Part shown: positions 36,515 through 46,372 of the stretch, piece by piece
How the letters are laid out: the number at the start of each line of letters is the position of its first letter
Numbering within the stretch: the first letter of the stretch is position 1
Notes under the pieces: model-generated
Databases searched by the model: none
Told to the model about the DNA's origin: nothing
What the model saw: the letters and a program-made list of their open reading frames with translations, nothing else
Program-made: the position numbers and the translations under genes
Origin: a virus
Taxonomy: Duplodnaviria; Heunggongvirae; Uroviricota; Caudoviricetes
Strand: one strand, 5' to 3'
DNA: 64,000 nucleotides
Virus record (IMG/VR): IMGVR_UViG_3300017705_000602

Positions 36515-36751
36515 AAAGGTTGTCTCGCTTATATTTTTGGTTGATGTGTAACGTTATATACCAGTATCTCTGTAACGTTAATCAGTTTTGTAGCATCTGT
36601 AAAGCCGAATTAAGCTACTGTTACAAGAGGAGCTCCCAGGTAACAGATAATTGGCTTAAACCTGCGAGTTAGGATAGAATTAAGTTTCACGGCGTGCTCC
36701 CTGCCTAGACAGTCGCTTATACAGGCGTGATACTGTTATGAGACAACCTTT
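36515..36751 (+). ncRNA. 237-nt structured RNA
   Basis: 12-bp terminal stem AAAGGTTGTCTC/GAGACAACCTTT, nested helices, TAAATA just upstream, T-run downstream. Confidence 0.65.
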
Positions 36752-36783
36752 TTATTTTTTTGGTAATACTATACGGAGATAAA

Positions 36784-37068
36784 ATGACCATTAAACCTTT
36801 ACACGATTACGTAGTAGTCGAAGCAAAACAAAAACAAGTTTCGAAAGTTATCCATGTTGCTGGCGATAGCAAAGGTGACACAGGAACAGTTATCGCAGTT
36901 GGCCCCGGTGAGTTGTTACCATCAGGTGAACGCGGAGAGATGTCTCTTAAAGCAGGAGACGAGATTATCTTTGCAAACGATGTTATTCGTGAAGATAAAC
37001 AAGACGACGGTTCTATCCAATACTGGATGAGAATTGTTAATGTTATGGGTATCCTAAGAGAATCGTAA
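36784..37068 (+). CDS. groES: co-chaperonin GroES
   Basis: IKPLHDYVVV, GTVIAVGPG, LKAGDEIIF, VMGIL. Confidence 0.88.
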   Translation: MTIKPLHDYVVVEAKQKQVSKVIHVAGDSKGDTGTVIAVGPGELLPSGERGEMSLKAGDEIIFANDVIREDKQDDGSIQYWMRIVNVMGILRES

Positions 37069-37069
37069 A

Positions 37070-37711
37070 ATGATAGAGCTCGGTAAGCTAGCGTCGGAAC
37101 TTGAAGAGATTGGCGACACAATTAGAACGATGTCCAGGCAGGACATCGTTCAGTTGTCGCAAAAAGTAAAATCAATAACTGATCGTCACCAGTTCGAAAA
37201 CTCTTACCGGGCCAATTCTTTGTCGCTATCATACAACCAGTATGCCGGGATTACGCCTTGCGATGATATATTCAATGCCTCCAACAGTATAATCGATATA
37301 ACGCTGGAACGCACAAATCGCATTAACTGCCGGGAAGGACTAATTGTTATTGTTCGCGCACGCACGCGGCACAATATTGGCGTAATGTCGTTTACCGTTG
37401 CATTAAAGCAAACGTACAGCAAGCTTAATATCGACCAGATCTACTTTACATATGGTGGTGACAATGAATATAGCGTTACAGCACTTGGATCCTCATTTCA
37501 ATTAAACCCAGACAAACATCCTGAATGGTTTCTTTCGAAAGAAAACTTGTCATACGCTATTCTGCTTGACAATAACATAATAACACATCTCCCGCGTGCC
37601 ACGCTTGCACTCGGTCCTATTGTAAATTTAATTTATACAGTAGACAGAATGACGTGCCCGAAAGAACTTAACTTCCATGCGCTAAATGATTTTTACGACA
37701 CAATAAAATAA
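37070..37711 (+). CDS. hypothetical protein
   Basis: 213-aa ORF. Confidence 0.65.
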   Translation: MIELGKLASELEEIGDTIRTMSRQDIVQLSQKVKSITDRHQFENSYRANSLSLSYNQYAGITPCDDIFNASNSIIDITLERTNRINCREGLIVIVRARTRHNIGVMSFTVALKQTYSKLNIDQIYFTYGGDNEYSVTALGSSFQLNPDKHPEWFLSKENLSYAILLDNNIITHLPRATLALGPIVNLIYTVDRMTCPKELNFHALNDFYDTIK

Positions 37712-37783
37712 AAGTCTTGCTCTGAAGCCTATCTCTTGTTATATTAACAATACACAAACAGGCACACAGAGATAGAGGTCGTT

Positions 37784-38320
37784 ATGAAAAAGCAATATCT
37801 TTTAGCAACAGCAGTTTTAGGCACATTGGCTTTAGGCGGATGTAGCTCAGTTACAAATCCTTTAAACACTACCGATGTCGATCAAGACATCTACGATGAG
37901 TATGCTGCCGAATGTACATTCAAAGACGGCAAGACTCCTGCACCGAAATGGATATGCGGTTACAAGTTACCGGACTACCCAGTTAGCGAAGTAGGCTATT
38001 CTCATTCAGCAAGCGAAATGGAAGGACTAGCAAACGCCAAAACCAAACTGGCGGCACGCATCAGAACAGATGTTGAAAGTGTACAAGAAGTTCGTACCAA
38101 AACATATGGTCGCCAAGAGCGCAAAGAGTTCTCAGCAGTTGACAGACACTTAGTCGACGAAAAGCTTGTGAACACTCGTGTCTTACTGCGCCAAATTGAT
38201 CCGACAACACAAGGTCTTTATGTTCTTGTTGTTGCAGACCAAGATGCATACGAACGTTCAATGCGCGAGTCACAGCAAAGACAAGAGCCAATTGCTAACA
38301 CAGACACTTCGGTGGAGTAG
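37784..38320 (+). CDS. LPP20-like lipoprotein
   Basis: Lipobox LGGC; APKWIC...AKTKLAARI...LYVLV. Confidence 0.75.
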   Translation: MKKQYLLATAVLGTLALGGCSSVTNPLNTTDVDQDIYDEYAAECTFKDGKTPAPKWICGYKLPDYPVSEVGYSHSASEMEGLANAKTKLAARIRTDVESVQEVRTKTYGRQERKEFSAVDRHLVDEKLVNTRVLLRQIDPTTQGLYVLVVADQDAYERSMRESQQRQEPIANTDTSVE

Positions 38321-38325
38321 TCAAA

Positions 38326-38961
38326 ATGAAAGCATTGTTAATATTATTTTCAATTGTATTAACCGGGTGTGTTTCGACTGGTAGCGGTGATCACCGCTAC
38401 TGCTCGGCTGCTGATGTTAATGACCCTTTTTGGTACACCAAGGTCAAGAACGATCATGTTGTAGCAAAATTCGGAGTCGAGTACAGCCGTGAAGCAGAAC
38501 GAGATATTAACCGTGTTGCACAGCTCATGTTGGCACAACAGCTTCACAGTCGTGTAGCCAGTTCAGTTACACTGATAAACGGTACCATCGACGATGCTTC
38601 ACAGCGTAGCATGGTTGCAAGCAATGTATATCTTAACTCCGCTAAGGTCGAGTGGATCAAGCAAGGCAACTGTTTGATTGCATGGTCGGGTATATCAAAG
38701 CAGGATGCCGATCTGTCGCTTGATAAAAGTTTAGCAATCAATCAGCAAGAAAGAAAAGCATGGTTGCAGGTGCATAATACATTTTCGGTGGCACTACTAG
38801 AGCGACACATCAGACAATATCCATTAGGTATATATCGCGAGGCAGCACAACAGCGAATACACGAGCTTTACAATAAGTCAAGACGAGAAGAAATAAGAGA
38901 CTCTCAATTGATGCCAGGTGCTAAATTATTGTTAAACGGTTTAGGAAGTATATTTGGGTAA
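38326..38961 (+). CDS. lipoprotein (LPP20-like)
   Basis: Lipobox LTGC; PFW...LAQQLHSRV; YPLGIY. Confidence 0.7.
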   Translation: MKALLILFSIVLTGCVSTGSGDHRYCSAADVNDPFWYTKVKNDHVVAKFGVEYSREAERDINRVAQLMLAQQLHSRVASSVTLINGTIDDASQRSMVASNVYLNSAKVEWIKQGNCLIAWSGISKQDADLSLDKSLAINQQERKAWLQVHNTFSVALLERHIRQYPLGIYREAAQQRIHELYNKSRREEIRDSQLMPGAKLLLNGLGSIFG

Positions 38962-39042
38962 ATCGGATTTACCCATACAGCTAAAAATCGTGCTTAGTGC
39001 TTTTGCAAGCAAGTAAAATCACTAAATACAATAAAAAACACT

Positions 39043-39387
39043 ATGGACATAAAAGACTTTACAGCACCTTACGGACAAGAAGAATTTTTATATTTTGTTT
39101 TGTCGACACCATTTTCAGTTGAGTCGGTTGTAAACCGAGTATCTCCTAATCGCCGTGTTGATATATTTTCAAGCGAAGCTTTATCGAACTGGACAATCGC
39201 CAACTGGTACTGGGCAGTCGATGGCATAGCGGTGGCATCCGAGCATATCACTGTCACTTACGCACACAACAGAATACTTAACTCCGAGCACGAGCCAAGC
39301 GGAATATACAGCATGGCACACTTTCATAAACGCTTGCCTATCTACCAATACTATCAAGAAGTACAAAGTCTTTATCAACCATTGTAA
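39043..39387 (+). CDS. LPxT-family paralog
   Basis: APYGQEEFLYFVL. Confidence 0.6.
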   Translation: MDIKDFTAPYGQEEFLYFVLSTPFSVESVVNRVSPNRRVDIFSSEALSNWTIANWYWAVDGIAVASEHITVTYAHNRILNSEHEPSGIYSMAHFHKRLPIYQYYQEVQSLYQPL

Positions 39388-39443
39388 CGCACTGTAAAGC
39401 ACGCTATAATGAAATAATACTAAACACTAACATCGAGCATTGT

Positions 39444-39785
39444 ATGTCAGCACCTCTTGTAAATTTGCCCAACAGTCGCGAGGCTTATTTATTGTATCGT
39501 TTAGAAGATAATCGGTTCAAGTCAATGGTCGCCCTTATGCGCTGGGTATATCAACGTTCAAACTACAACAATTCAAACGAAGTGGTGTTCAAACGCCTGG
39601 CTGTTTGGATCAGGAACAACTGGTCGTGGGCAGTGAAAAGTTACACATTTAATGATCGACGACTAATAATTGAATTTTCAGTTACAGGTATTGTTAGTAG
39701 TGACCAATGGGGCGTAGACCTCGATACAGTAATCGGCGAAGAAAAGCAGTTGATTGAGTTTGCGAGAAGTAAAGATGTTTTTTGA
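39444..39785 (+). CDS. LPxT-family paralog
   Basis: LPNSREAYLLYRL. Confidence 0.65.
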   Translation: MSAPLVNLPNSREAYLLYRLEDNRFKSMVALMRWVYQRSNYNNSNEVVFKRLAVWIRNNWSWAVKSYTFNDRRLIIEFSVTGIVSSDQWGVDLDTVIGEEKQLIEFARSKDVF

Positions 39786-40359
39786 TTTAACTGATGTTTC
39801 CGAGAAAATCAAAGATATCGATCATGACATCATTAAGAAAATCATGCATTCGATTAACTATCACAAACCATTCCCGGATGTTGGCAGTACAATAGATCAC
39901 ATAGTAATAAACAAAGACCGCAATGCAGTCATAATAGTTGGCGACATATACATACGCATTGAGTTTTCTCACAGTGACGTAGTTTCACTGGAGCACAAAA
40001 ATCTCTTGTTGCAATTGTACAAAGACTTTGTTGCAGTTTGTCCAAGCGTATTTCCTATTGGTCTTGCCGACAGTATGTATTGTGGATTGGTAGCAACCGA
40101 CCTCATATCTGACAAAAAGTGCAGTGTCAAATTTAGAAATTTTCACGACAGTCATATCGATATGACGCAAGCCGCTTTAAACGGCGACCAGGTCGGCTTA
40201 TTGAATGCAGAGCGTGCAATTGGAGCAATGTCGTTGATTGCTAAATCTTTGCCGGCAGTGTACATGCCTTATTATAACTTTTCATACAGAAAATACTTTA
40301 TGCGAAGAATATTTCACGGTAGATTCGGCAAGGAAAAAAGGATAATACTGAATGTATGA
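39775..40359 (+). CDS. hypothetical protein
   Basis: About 194-aa ORF. Confidence 0.65.
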   Translation: MFFDLTDVSEKIKDIDHDIIKKIMHSINYHKPFPDVGSTIDHIVINKDRNAVIIVGDIYIRIEFSHSDVVSLEHKNLLLQLYKDFVAVCPSVFPIGLADSMYCGLVATDLISDKKCSVKFRNFHDSHIDMTQAALNGDQVGLLNAERAIGAMSLIAKSLPAVYMPYYNFSYRKYFMRRIFHGRFGKEKRIILNV

Positions 40360-40717
40360 GTTACCTGAATCACTGGAAGAACTTTCGGCATTTTATTTGT
40401 CAACCGGAATGACAGTGTTCGAATACATTGACTTTCATGATATCAATGAAGAAATCAAACACACCTGGATTGCGAATAGCAAAGACTGGGCAGTAGAACA
40501 AGTCACACTAAAAGTTCTGAACATCGAACATGTGCCGGTACTGGTTATTAGATTCAAAGCGCGTGCAATAATACACAACAAGGTTATTCTTGCTTCATTT
40601 CGCACAAATTGGGCAAGAGAGATCATTTTCGAAGCGTTTGGACTAACAGGCACACAAGAAGAGATAAGACAGCAAGCAATCAATCATATTCAAGGCACAG
40701 TAATATTTGAGAATTAG
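40352..40717 (+). CDS. LPxT-family paralog
   Basis: LPESLEELSAFYL. Confidence 0.7.
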   Translation: MYELPESLEELSAFYLSTGMTVFEYIDFHDINEEIKHTWIANSKDWAVEQVTLKVLNIEHVPVLVIRFKARAIIHNKVILASFRTNWAREIIFEAFGLTGTQEEIRQQAINHIQGTVIFEN

Positions 40718-40799
40718 GTAGTATTGCAGTTTTTCTTGTGCTATAATGTTAATAATAACTTAGAATAGCGATTTTAACTAAAAAGTGGTCCTTTTAACT

Positions 40800-41156
40800 A
40801 TGCAAAAATTCTCAGGGTTCGAACTACCGGAAACGCCACAGTAACTTACTCTATTGGAATTGCAAAACCAAGAAGGAGCAAAAGAAACTGCGCTCGGAGT
40901 TTTAGCTACACTTCGTGTACAGTCACCGTATTCGAGTACAGTTCTAAAGTTGTGTAAGTGGGCAACGATTGCATCAGATAATCTTGTACCGCATGTGTAT
41001 GCATACACTGTGCATCAGCAAGGCCAACACAAACTGGTAATAAACATGTTCGGTAATATAGTAAACGTTGATATTGCAGACGACAACACCACTTTACAGC
41101 GTATTGCCAGCCAAGCAAATAACCATACTCACGATCATTTTATACTGGCCTGTTAA
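40800..41156 (+). pseudogene. LPxT-family paralog interrupted by in-frame TAA
   Basis: MQKFSGFELPETPQ*LTLLELQ; TAA at 40842-40844 replaces the conserved Glu. Confidence 0.7.
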
Positions 41157-41167
41157 GGAGTAACACA

Positions 41168-41509
41168 ATGCAAGATATATACGGAATTGTTGAGTTTCCG
41201 GTGTCGCATGAAGAATTTACAGTTGATGTACTGGGCGCTCATTTAGATGACAAGATTACTAAACTGGTACATTTTGTAGACGAACATCCGAATCTTCGCG
41301 ACACTGTGGTAATGATGTACTCAGAGTGGGTAATGGATAACATCGACACAATCAAAGAATTCGGAATGCTGTCGACCGAAAACTGTATCGAGTATATCAA
41401 TATCATTGTAGGAATCAGCGCAGAGTACTGCATAAAAATAAGCTGGCCTTGTGCAACAGCAACCGAGCAAAGGTTGTATGATTTAACGGTAGGCACAGAC
41501 AATGGTTAA
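41168..41509 (+). CDS. LPxT-family paralog
   Basis: FPVSHEEFTVDVL. Confidence 0.7.
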   Translation: MQDIYGIVEFPVSHEEFTVDVLGAHLDDKITKLVHFVDEHPNLRDTVVMMYSEWVMDNIDTIKEFGMLSTENCIEYINIIVGISAEYCIKISWPCATATEQRLYDLTVGTDNG

Positions 41510-41816
41510 ATTACCGGAATCCGAGCAAGAATTCTTGCTGTGGAAATTAGAAAAGCAGGACTACGAAGCACCTTTTTCACAGCAAGAGTTAGAATGTACA
41601 TGGCAGTGGTTGATAAGAAACCACGCTCGTTTCCAGGATCGTATGCTTTACATCCTGGAAACAGATGCAGGACTCGGCTATCAGACTTATGTTTACCTGT
41701 TTGACAATACTTGCGTCTTTTATGCATGCGATGCGGCTGTGCATCACGAATACACATTTGATCACTTCGAGCAAGCGATTGGCAAAGTGATCGAATTCGA
41801 ACACAGGTTGATTTGA
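41502..41816 (+). CDS. LPxT-family paralog
   Basis: LPESEQEFLLWKL. Confidence 0.7.
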   Translation: MVKLPESEQEFLLWKLEKQDYEAPFSQQELECTWQWLIRNHARFQDRMLYILETDAGLGYQTYVYLFDNTCVFYACDAAVHHEYTFDHFEQAIGKVIEFEHRLI

Positions 41817-41817
41817 A

Positions 41818-42150
41818 ATGATTACAATAAACGGTATCAACATACCAGAAACTCCAGAAGAAATGCTCATGGTGCATCTCGAAACATCGGGCGAGACTGG
41901 CACCATGCTGGCAGGTTTATTTTCGATAACTTCTAGAATAAGCCGGCACGAGGAATGCGAAATAATATCCAATTGGTTGTGCGAGCAGACACTTATTGAG
42001 TTCGATTACAAGTATTCCCGCTCCAACGGGAACCTACACATGAAGCCTGTGAACAGTACCCACTGGCATATTATAAGCAAAAGACACCACGACTGGTTTT
42101 ACAAACTTTCGAGTTTTGTGACTACAAAGATGACATACGAATATGTTTAA
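41818..42150 (+). CDS. LPxT-family paralog
   Basis: IPETPEEMLMVHL. Confidence 0.7.
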   Translation: MITINGINIPETPEEMLMVHLETSGETGTMLAGLFSITSRISRHEECEIISNWLCEQTLIEFDYKYSRSNGNLHMKPVNSTHWHIISKRHHDWFYKLSSFVTTKMTYEYV

Positions 42151-42487
42151 AGTTGATGCAATAAGCGAAACATACGAACTGCCGTTATCGGATCACGAAT
42201 GGACTGTGTTTATGTTACAAGGCAGTGACGATATTAATTGCCTGGTAGATACAATGGACAGTGGCGCCTTAACACCACAACAGCGCGATGCTCTTATACG
42301 TCGATTTAACACATGGGTTGCTCAGAATCTGGACAAGTTCGACGTAGACTTTAGCAAATCTGACGACACGGAACTTTGTGCAGTAATGAGATGCAAGCAG
42401 GTTCCTGATTTTCGATACCATGTTTACGACGAACCATTCGACCGAAAATTGTGGGAGTTAATTGTTCAATATGCAGACAACAAGTAA
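42143..42487 (+). CDS. LPxT-family paralog
   Basis: LPLSDHEWTVFML. Confidence 0.7.
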   Translation: MFKVDAISETYELPLSDHEWTVFMLQGSDDINCLVDTMDSGALTPQQRDALIRRFNTWVAQNLDKFDVDFSKSDDTELCAVMRCKQVPDFRYHVYDEPFDRKLWELIVQYADNK

Positions 42488-42803
42488 CACACAGAATATC
42501 GAGTTACCAGAAAGTAAGCAGGATCTATTAATGTGGGCCATGCTGTATTCTGACATAGGACGAAATTTTCAAAACTATTACTACCAGCATCACGCGCAAC
42601 GAGATACCTTGCCACGAAGTGCCGCGGTGAAAGACATTACCGAATGGATTTTCAGAGTGTGTGAATTTGCACCCGAATCAGTGGTTTTAGTTTCTGATAC
42701 CCGTCCGTTTGATGTTCTCAAGATTAACGGAATTACTATCTGCAGAATGATGCACGACACAAAAAAATACAGAGCAATAAAACGACTGCTCAAAAAAGCG
42801 TAG
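42471..42803 (+). CDS. LPxT-family paralog
   Basis: LPESKQDLLMWAM...INGITI. Confidence 0.7.
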   Translation: MQTTSNTQNIELPESKQDLLMWAMLYSDIGRNFQNYYYQHHAQRDTLPRSAAVKDITEWIFRVCEFAPESVVLVSDTRPFDVLKINGITICRMMHDTKKYRAIKRLLKKA

Positions 42804-42807
42804 CGCC

Positions 42808-43176
42808 GTGAACAGTGTTGTACTAAATAACTGCATGTATGCAAAAGACCTTCCGGTAACCGAACAAGAAGTTTCAGCTTGGGCTCTCGACTATTCACCA
42901 TCTTTTACGTGGAAAGATATAGATGACCACGAAGACATAGTGCTGAATACCAATCTCATCATCGACTGGATATGCAATGTTGTTACTATAAATTACCCGC
43001 ATCTGATCACACTAGATTTCAGAGAACATAAAGTACCACGAATAAACATTGCAGGCGTGAGAGTAGCAGGTGGCTTAATTCCGATGATACTTGTAAAGCG
43101 ACACATTGACAAACACAACGTTGATGTTCAAACTGTAGGAGAATTTAAACAAATGATAGAGCTAAAGTTTGACTAA
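42808..43176 (+). CDS. LPxT-family paralog
   Basis: LPVTEQEVSAWAL...YPHLI...IAGV. Confidence 0.7.
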   Translation: MNSVVLNNCMYAKDLPVTEQEVSAWALDYSPSFTWKDIDDHEDIVLNTNLIIDWICNVVTINYPHLITLDFREHKVPRINIAGVRVAGGLIPMILVKRHIDKHNVDVQTVGEFKQMIELKFD

Positions 43177-43513
43177 CCGATTACCAGAAACCAGAGAAGA
43201 ATACACTGCATGGTCGCTTGAGTGGAACGGAAGGTTTCGCACAACATATCAGATGTATCTTACTATAAGAACAGAAATGCTAGATGTTCTCAAGCAATGG
43301 ATTATGTTTACAGTAGAACAATACCCCGATTTGGTCACAGTTGAAAGGTCTAAGGCCGGAACAAACTACAAAGTATGGATAGCTGGTGTTGAGCTATTAC
43401 AGTTTTCGTGCCTGCAACATGCCGATTTATTTCGTGTGTTACAGGATTCCCCGGGCGTTACGCACAAGGTAAAATCTTATGCAATACAAACCAACACTAC
43501 CTTCCGATTCTAA
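43169..43513 (+). CDS. LPxT-family paralog
   Basis: LPETREEYTAWSL...YPDLV...IAGV. Confidence 0.7.
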   Translation: MTNRLPETREEYTAWSLEWNGRFRTTYQMYLTIRTEMLDVLKQWIMFTVEQYPDLVTVERSKAGTNYKVWIAGVELLQFSCLQHADLFRVLQDSPGVTHKVKSYAIQTNTTFRF

Positions 43514-43787
43514 AGAATACGCAGTGTGGATTTTAAGTGGCCGCACTGCAACCGAGTTAGTAAGCCACAATGAAGTCGACGGTTTTTGGATACTGGATAA
43601 CTTTGTTTGGTTACACGAATGTAAAGTTATTTCAAACGTCACATACGAAAACAGCGATCAGTTAGGCTGGCATGTGTCTGTTTACATTGATCACGCATAC
43701 GCCCAATACAGCATGTTTTCTGGCACTGTTTTCTCTCGTGCAGTTGAACTTGCCAGGCAATATTACCCCCACTTGTTTGCTTCGTAG
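43479..43787 (+). CDS. LPxT-family paralog
   Basis: LPSDSKEYAVWIL. Confidence 0.7.
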   Translation: MQYKPTLPSDSKEYAVWILSGRTATELVSHNEVDGFWILDNFVWLHECKVISNVTYENSDQLGWHVSVYIDHAYAQYSMFSGTVFSRAVELARQYYPHLFAS

Positions 43788-43844
43788 GTTGACGTGTGGC
43801 TTCTATGTGTTATACTTTAGTATACATACACAGGGGCACACAGC

Positions 43845-44153
43845 ATGAACCAGTTACCAAAAACAATCGAAGAAGTTACTGCATGGAAGCTCACAATTCA
43901 AGACCCAAACCAGTCTGTTGAAAAAATACTTTGCCAGGGAGTTAGCATTGATCGTATCCATTCAGTAAGATCTGCTATTATCGGTTGGGTATCATTTGTG
44001 ATAAATGAATGGCCAGGACAAGTCGAATTAAAAGAAACTTCAAGTTCTTTTAAGGTTTACTGTTTCGGCGTGTTCATGGGTTACTACGAAAGCGATGACA
44101 TCATTCGCATGCTGTGCAGATACAGCCATGTTAAGCTAGAGACAATATTTTAA
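43845..44153 (+). CDS. LPxT-family paralog
   Basis: LPKTIEEVTAWKL. Confidence 0.7.
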   Translation: MNQLPKTIEEVTAWKLTIQDPNQSVEKILCQGVSIDRIHSVRSAIIGWVSFVINEWPGQVELKETSSSFKVYCFGVFMGYYESDDIIRMLCRYSHVKLETIF

Positions 44154-44419
44154 TGTTACCAACTACCCAGCATGAGTTAAGCATGTGGTGCCTGGCACCG
44201 GAATCGGATCTCGAAAACTTTGACACATGGCTTAAAACAGAAGCGCCGAAGTTTGCCGAGCATGTGCATATTGATCAAGATCCGAACCAAAACATGTTCA
44301 AATTTTATTTGTGTGGACACTTGGTCGCTAGAATTCCTGTGAACGGAATTATCAAGTTTACACTTGCTTGTGTGCATGCCGGAACAGCCGAAGATTTCAC
44401 ATGCGATATTTCAATTTGA
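44153..44419 (+). CDS. LPxT-family paralog
   Basis: LPTTQHELSMWCL. Confidence 0.7.
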   Translation: MLPTTQHELSMWCLAPESDLENFDTWLKTEAPKFAEHVHIDQDPNQNMFKFYLCGHLVARIPVNGIIKFTLACVHAGTAEDFTCDISI

Positions 44420-44451
44420 TAAGTACGTAGTTAATCAACTACGGAGATAAA

Positions 44452-45204
44452 ATGCGAAACACAATTACCGAAACTGTTACACATGTACACCACTGGAACG
44501 ATACTCTGTTTTCGTTCCGTACCACTCGTCGGGATTCTTTTCGATTTGAGAACGGACAGTTTGTAATGATCGGTCTTGAAATTGAAGGCAAGCCTGTGAT
44601 GCGAGCATATTCTGTTGCTAGTGCAAATTGGGAACCCGAACTTGAATTCTTTTCCATTAAGGTCCCAGATGGTAAACTGACCAAGCACTTGCAAAAAATC
44701 AAAGTCGGAGACACAGTTACGCTGTCTTGTAAGCCTGCAGGAACATTAGTTGCTGGACAACTGTTACCAGGCAAAAACTTGTATTTGCTAGCAACTGGCA
44801 CAGGGCTTGCACCCTTTATGAGCATAATAAAAGATCCAGACATCTACGACCGTTTTGAAAAGGTAGTGCTGGTCCATTCTGTGCGCTACTGTTCCGAACT
44901 TGCATACCAGGATGAGATACTGAATGTGTTGCCACAGAACGAATTTATTGGCGACACAGTAAAACAAAAGCTCGAATACTTTCCTATTGTTACACGCGAA
45001 CCTTTTCATACACAACAGCGAATCACACGACTTTTGCAAGACGACCACTGGCATACAAAACCGTCGCAGGACCGATTTATGCTGTGCGGAAATGATGCAA
45101 TGCTCAAGGACACCATGCAAATACTTGATGCACAAGGATACGAAAAGGCCACGTCACGTTCACAAGGACATTATGTTATCGAGCATGCATTTGTAGAGAA
45201 ATAA
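44452..45204 (+). CDS. fpr: ferredoxin--NADP+ reductase
   Basis: RAYSVAS, GKLT, ATGTGLAPF, MLCG, AFVEK C-terminus (bacterial subclass I). Confidence 0.95.
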   Translation: MRNTITETVTHVHHWNDTLFSFRTTRRDSFRFENGQFVMIGLEIEGKPVMRAYSVASANWEPELEFFSIKVPDGKLTKHLQKIKVGDTVTLSCKPAGTLVAGQLLPGKNLYLLATGTGLAPFMSIIKDPDIYDRFEKVVLVHSVRYCSELAYQDEILNVLPQNEFIGDTVKQKLEYFPIVTREPFHTQQRITRLLQDDHWHTKPSQDRFMLCGNDAMLKDTMQILDAQGYEKATSRSQGHYVIEHAFVEK

Positions 45205-45205
45205 C

Positions 45206-45448
45206 ATGACCGTTGCTAAATTAGAATACATTCAAACAGAACAAGAACTTACAGCTTGGTCAATTGAGCACCAAGGCCAACAGTTGCCGTACCTGATTCG
45301 TGTTGCTGAACACTACGGGTTCTGTGGTGAAATAATGTCCGAATCGATATTATGGTTCAGGTATATGTTGCGAACCTTCCCTGATCATGTTCAGCACAAA
45401 GAGCACGGAATATACATTGCTGGTGTTCATTGCAGTGCGAAAACCTAG
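45206..45448 (+). CDS. LPxT-family paralog
   Basis: QTEQELTAWSI...FPDHV...IAGV. Confidence 0.7.
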   Translation: MTVAKLEYIQTEQELTAWSIEHQGQQLPYLIRVAEHYGFCGEIMSESILWFRYMLRTFPDHVQHKEHGIYIAGVHCSAKT

Positions 45449-45749
45449 TTTGGTCGAATGCATAGAAAAGGTTTATGCACACAATGCCGCAATTGATGGT
45501 GCGGCCGTGTTACACACTGCGCAAGACCTTACTGCGTTTACTATCACTTACTCGAGCTATGTTGTGCTCACATTCGGTGCAAATGAGTCAGTGACCGAAT
45601 GGTTTTTACACACACGCCAAGCATTACCCAACTCAATCGAATATCAATTCAAAGGTGCCTGTGACCATGCTTGTTATTATGTGGCATGTGTTGCAGGCAT
45701 ACCAATTATAGATTTTTCAGTATTGCATAAAACAGCATCAGTGCTATAA
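45387..45749 (+). CDS. LPxT-family paralog (start uncertain, perhaps GTG 45435)
   Basis: LHTAQDLTAFTI...LPNSI...VAGI. Confidence 0.6.
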   Translation: MFSTKSTEYTLLVFIAVRKPSLVECIEKVYAHNAAIDGAAVLHTAQDLTAFTITYSSYVVLTFGANESVTEWFLHTRQALPNSIEYQFKGACDHACYYVACVAGIPIIDFSVLHKTASVL

Positions 45750-45779
45750 TAATGTTTTATCACAAAAGATGCAATACAC

Positions 45780-46091
45780 ATGGAATCTTACACCTTTCCT
45801 GAAACCCGCGATGAAATTCTTTTGTGGGCACTTGCTACCAGTGTCCCGGTTGATTCTACCTGGTTCGACGAACATGAACTGGCAATTGGACCACATCTAA
45901 AGCTGGCAAACGACACTTTAAAGTGGATTGACTACGTGTGCGAAACTTACCCAGACTTGATCAAGTGGCGGTGGGTCGAAGGCGACGAAGACAAAATAAT
46001 ACCCCGTGTTGCTGGAATACCTATAGGCAAAATAAACATCCATCGCGAACTTGGTCAAACTGTGGTAGAAACTGCTCGGTCTAACACTTGA
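45780..46091 (+). CDS. LPxT-family paralog
   Basis: FPETRDEILLWAL...YPDLI...VAGI. Confidence 0.7.
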   Translation: MESYTFPETRDEILLWALATSVPVDSTWFDEHELAIGPHLKLANDTLKWIDYVCETYPDLIKWRWVEGDEDKIIPRVAGIPIGKINIHRELGQTVVETARSNT

Positions 46092-46144
46092 CTTCTTTTG
46101 TGCCTAGTGTATACTGATAGTATGTAGATTGCAGGAATCACAGT

Positions 46145-46372
46145 ATGAGACTAATGATATCTTTGTGCTTGTATGTTATCACAATTGCGCTGACAGGTGC
46201 TTTTGCAATGATAGCGGCAAATGCGGCACCGAACCCAAACGCACCACTGTGGATACTAATGGTGCTGATGGCTAACGTTTTGGCTTTTTGTACACTGTTT
46301 TCGGGTGCATTAAACTACCGAATGCGCATGTACGAATTGGAAGATCGTGATGATACCATTACCAAAAACTGA
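46145..46372 (+). CDS. small membrane protein
   Basis: Two TM helices, own promoter. Confidence 0.65.
   Translation: MRLMISLCLYVITIALTGAFAMIAANAAPNPNAPLWILMVLMANVLAFCTLFSGALNYRMRMYELEDRDDTITKN

Noticed and set aside
36515-36751. Lysine or cobalamin riboswitch
   Set aside because: Kissing-loop potential is similar, but the conserved core sequences were not found and the downstream gene is groES.
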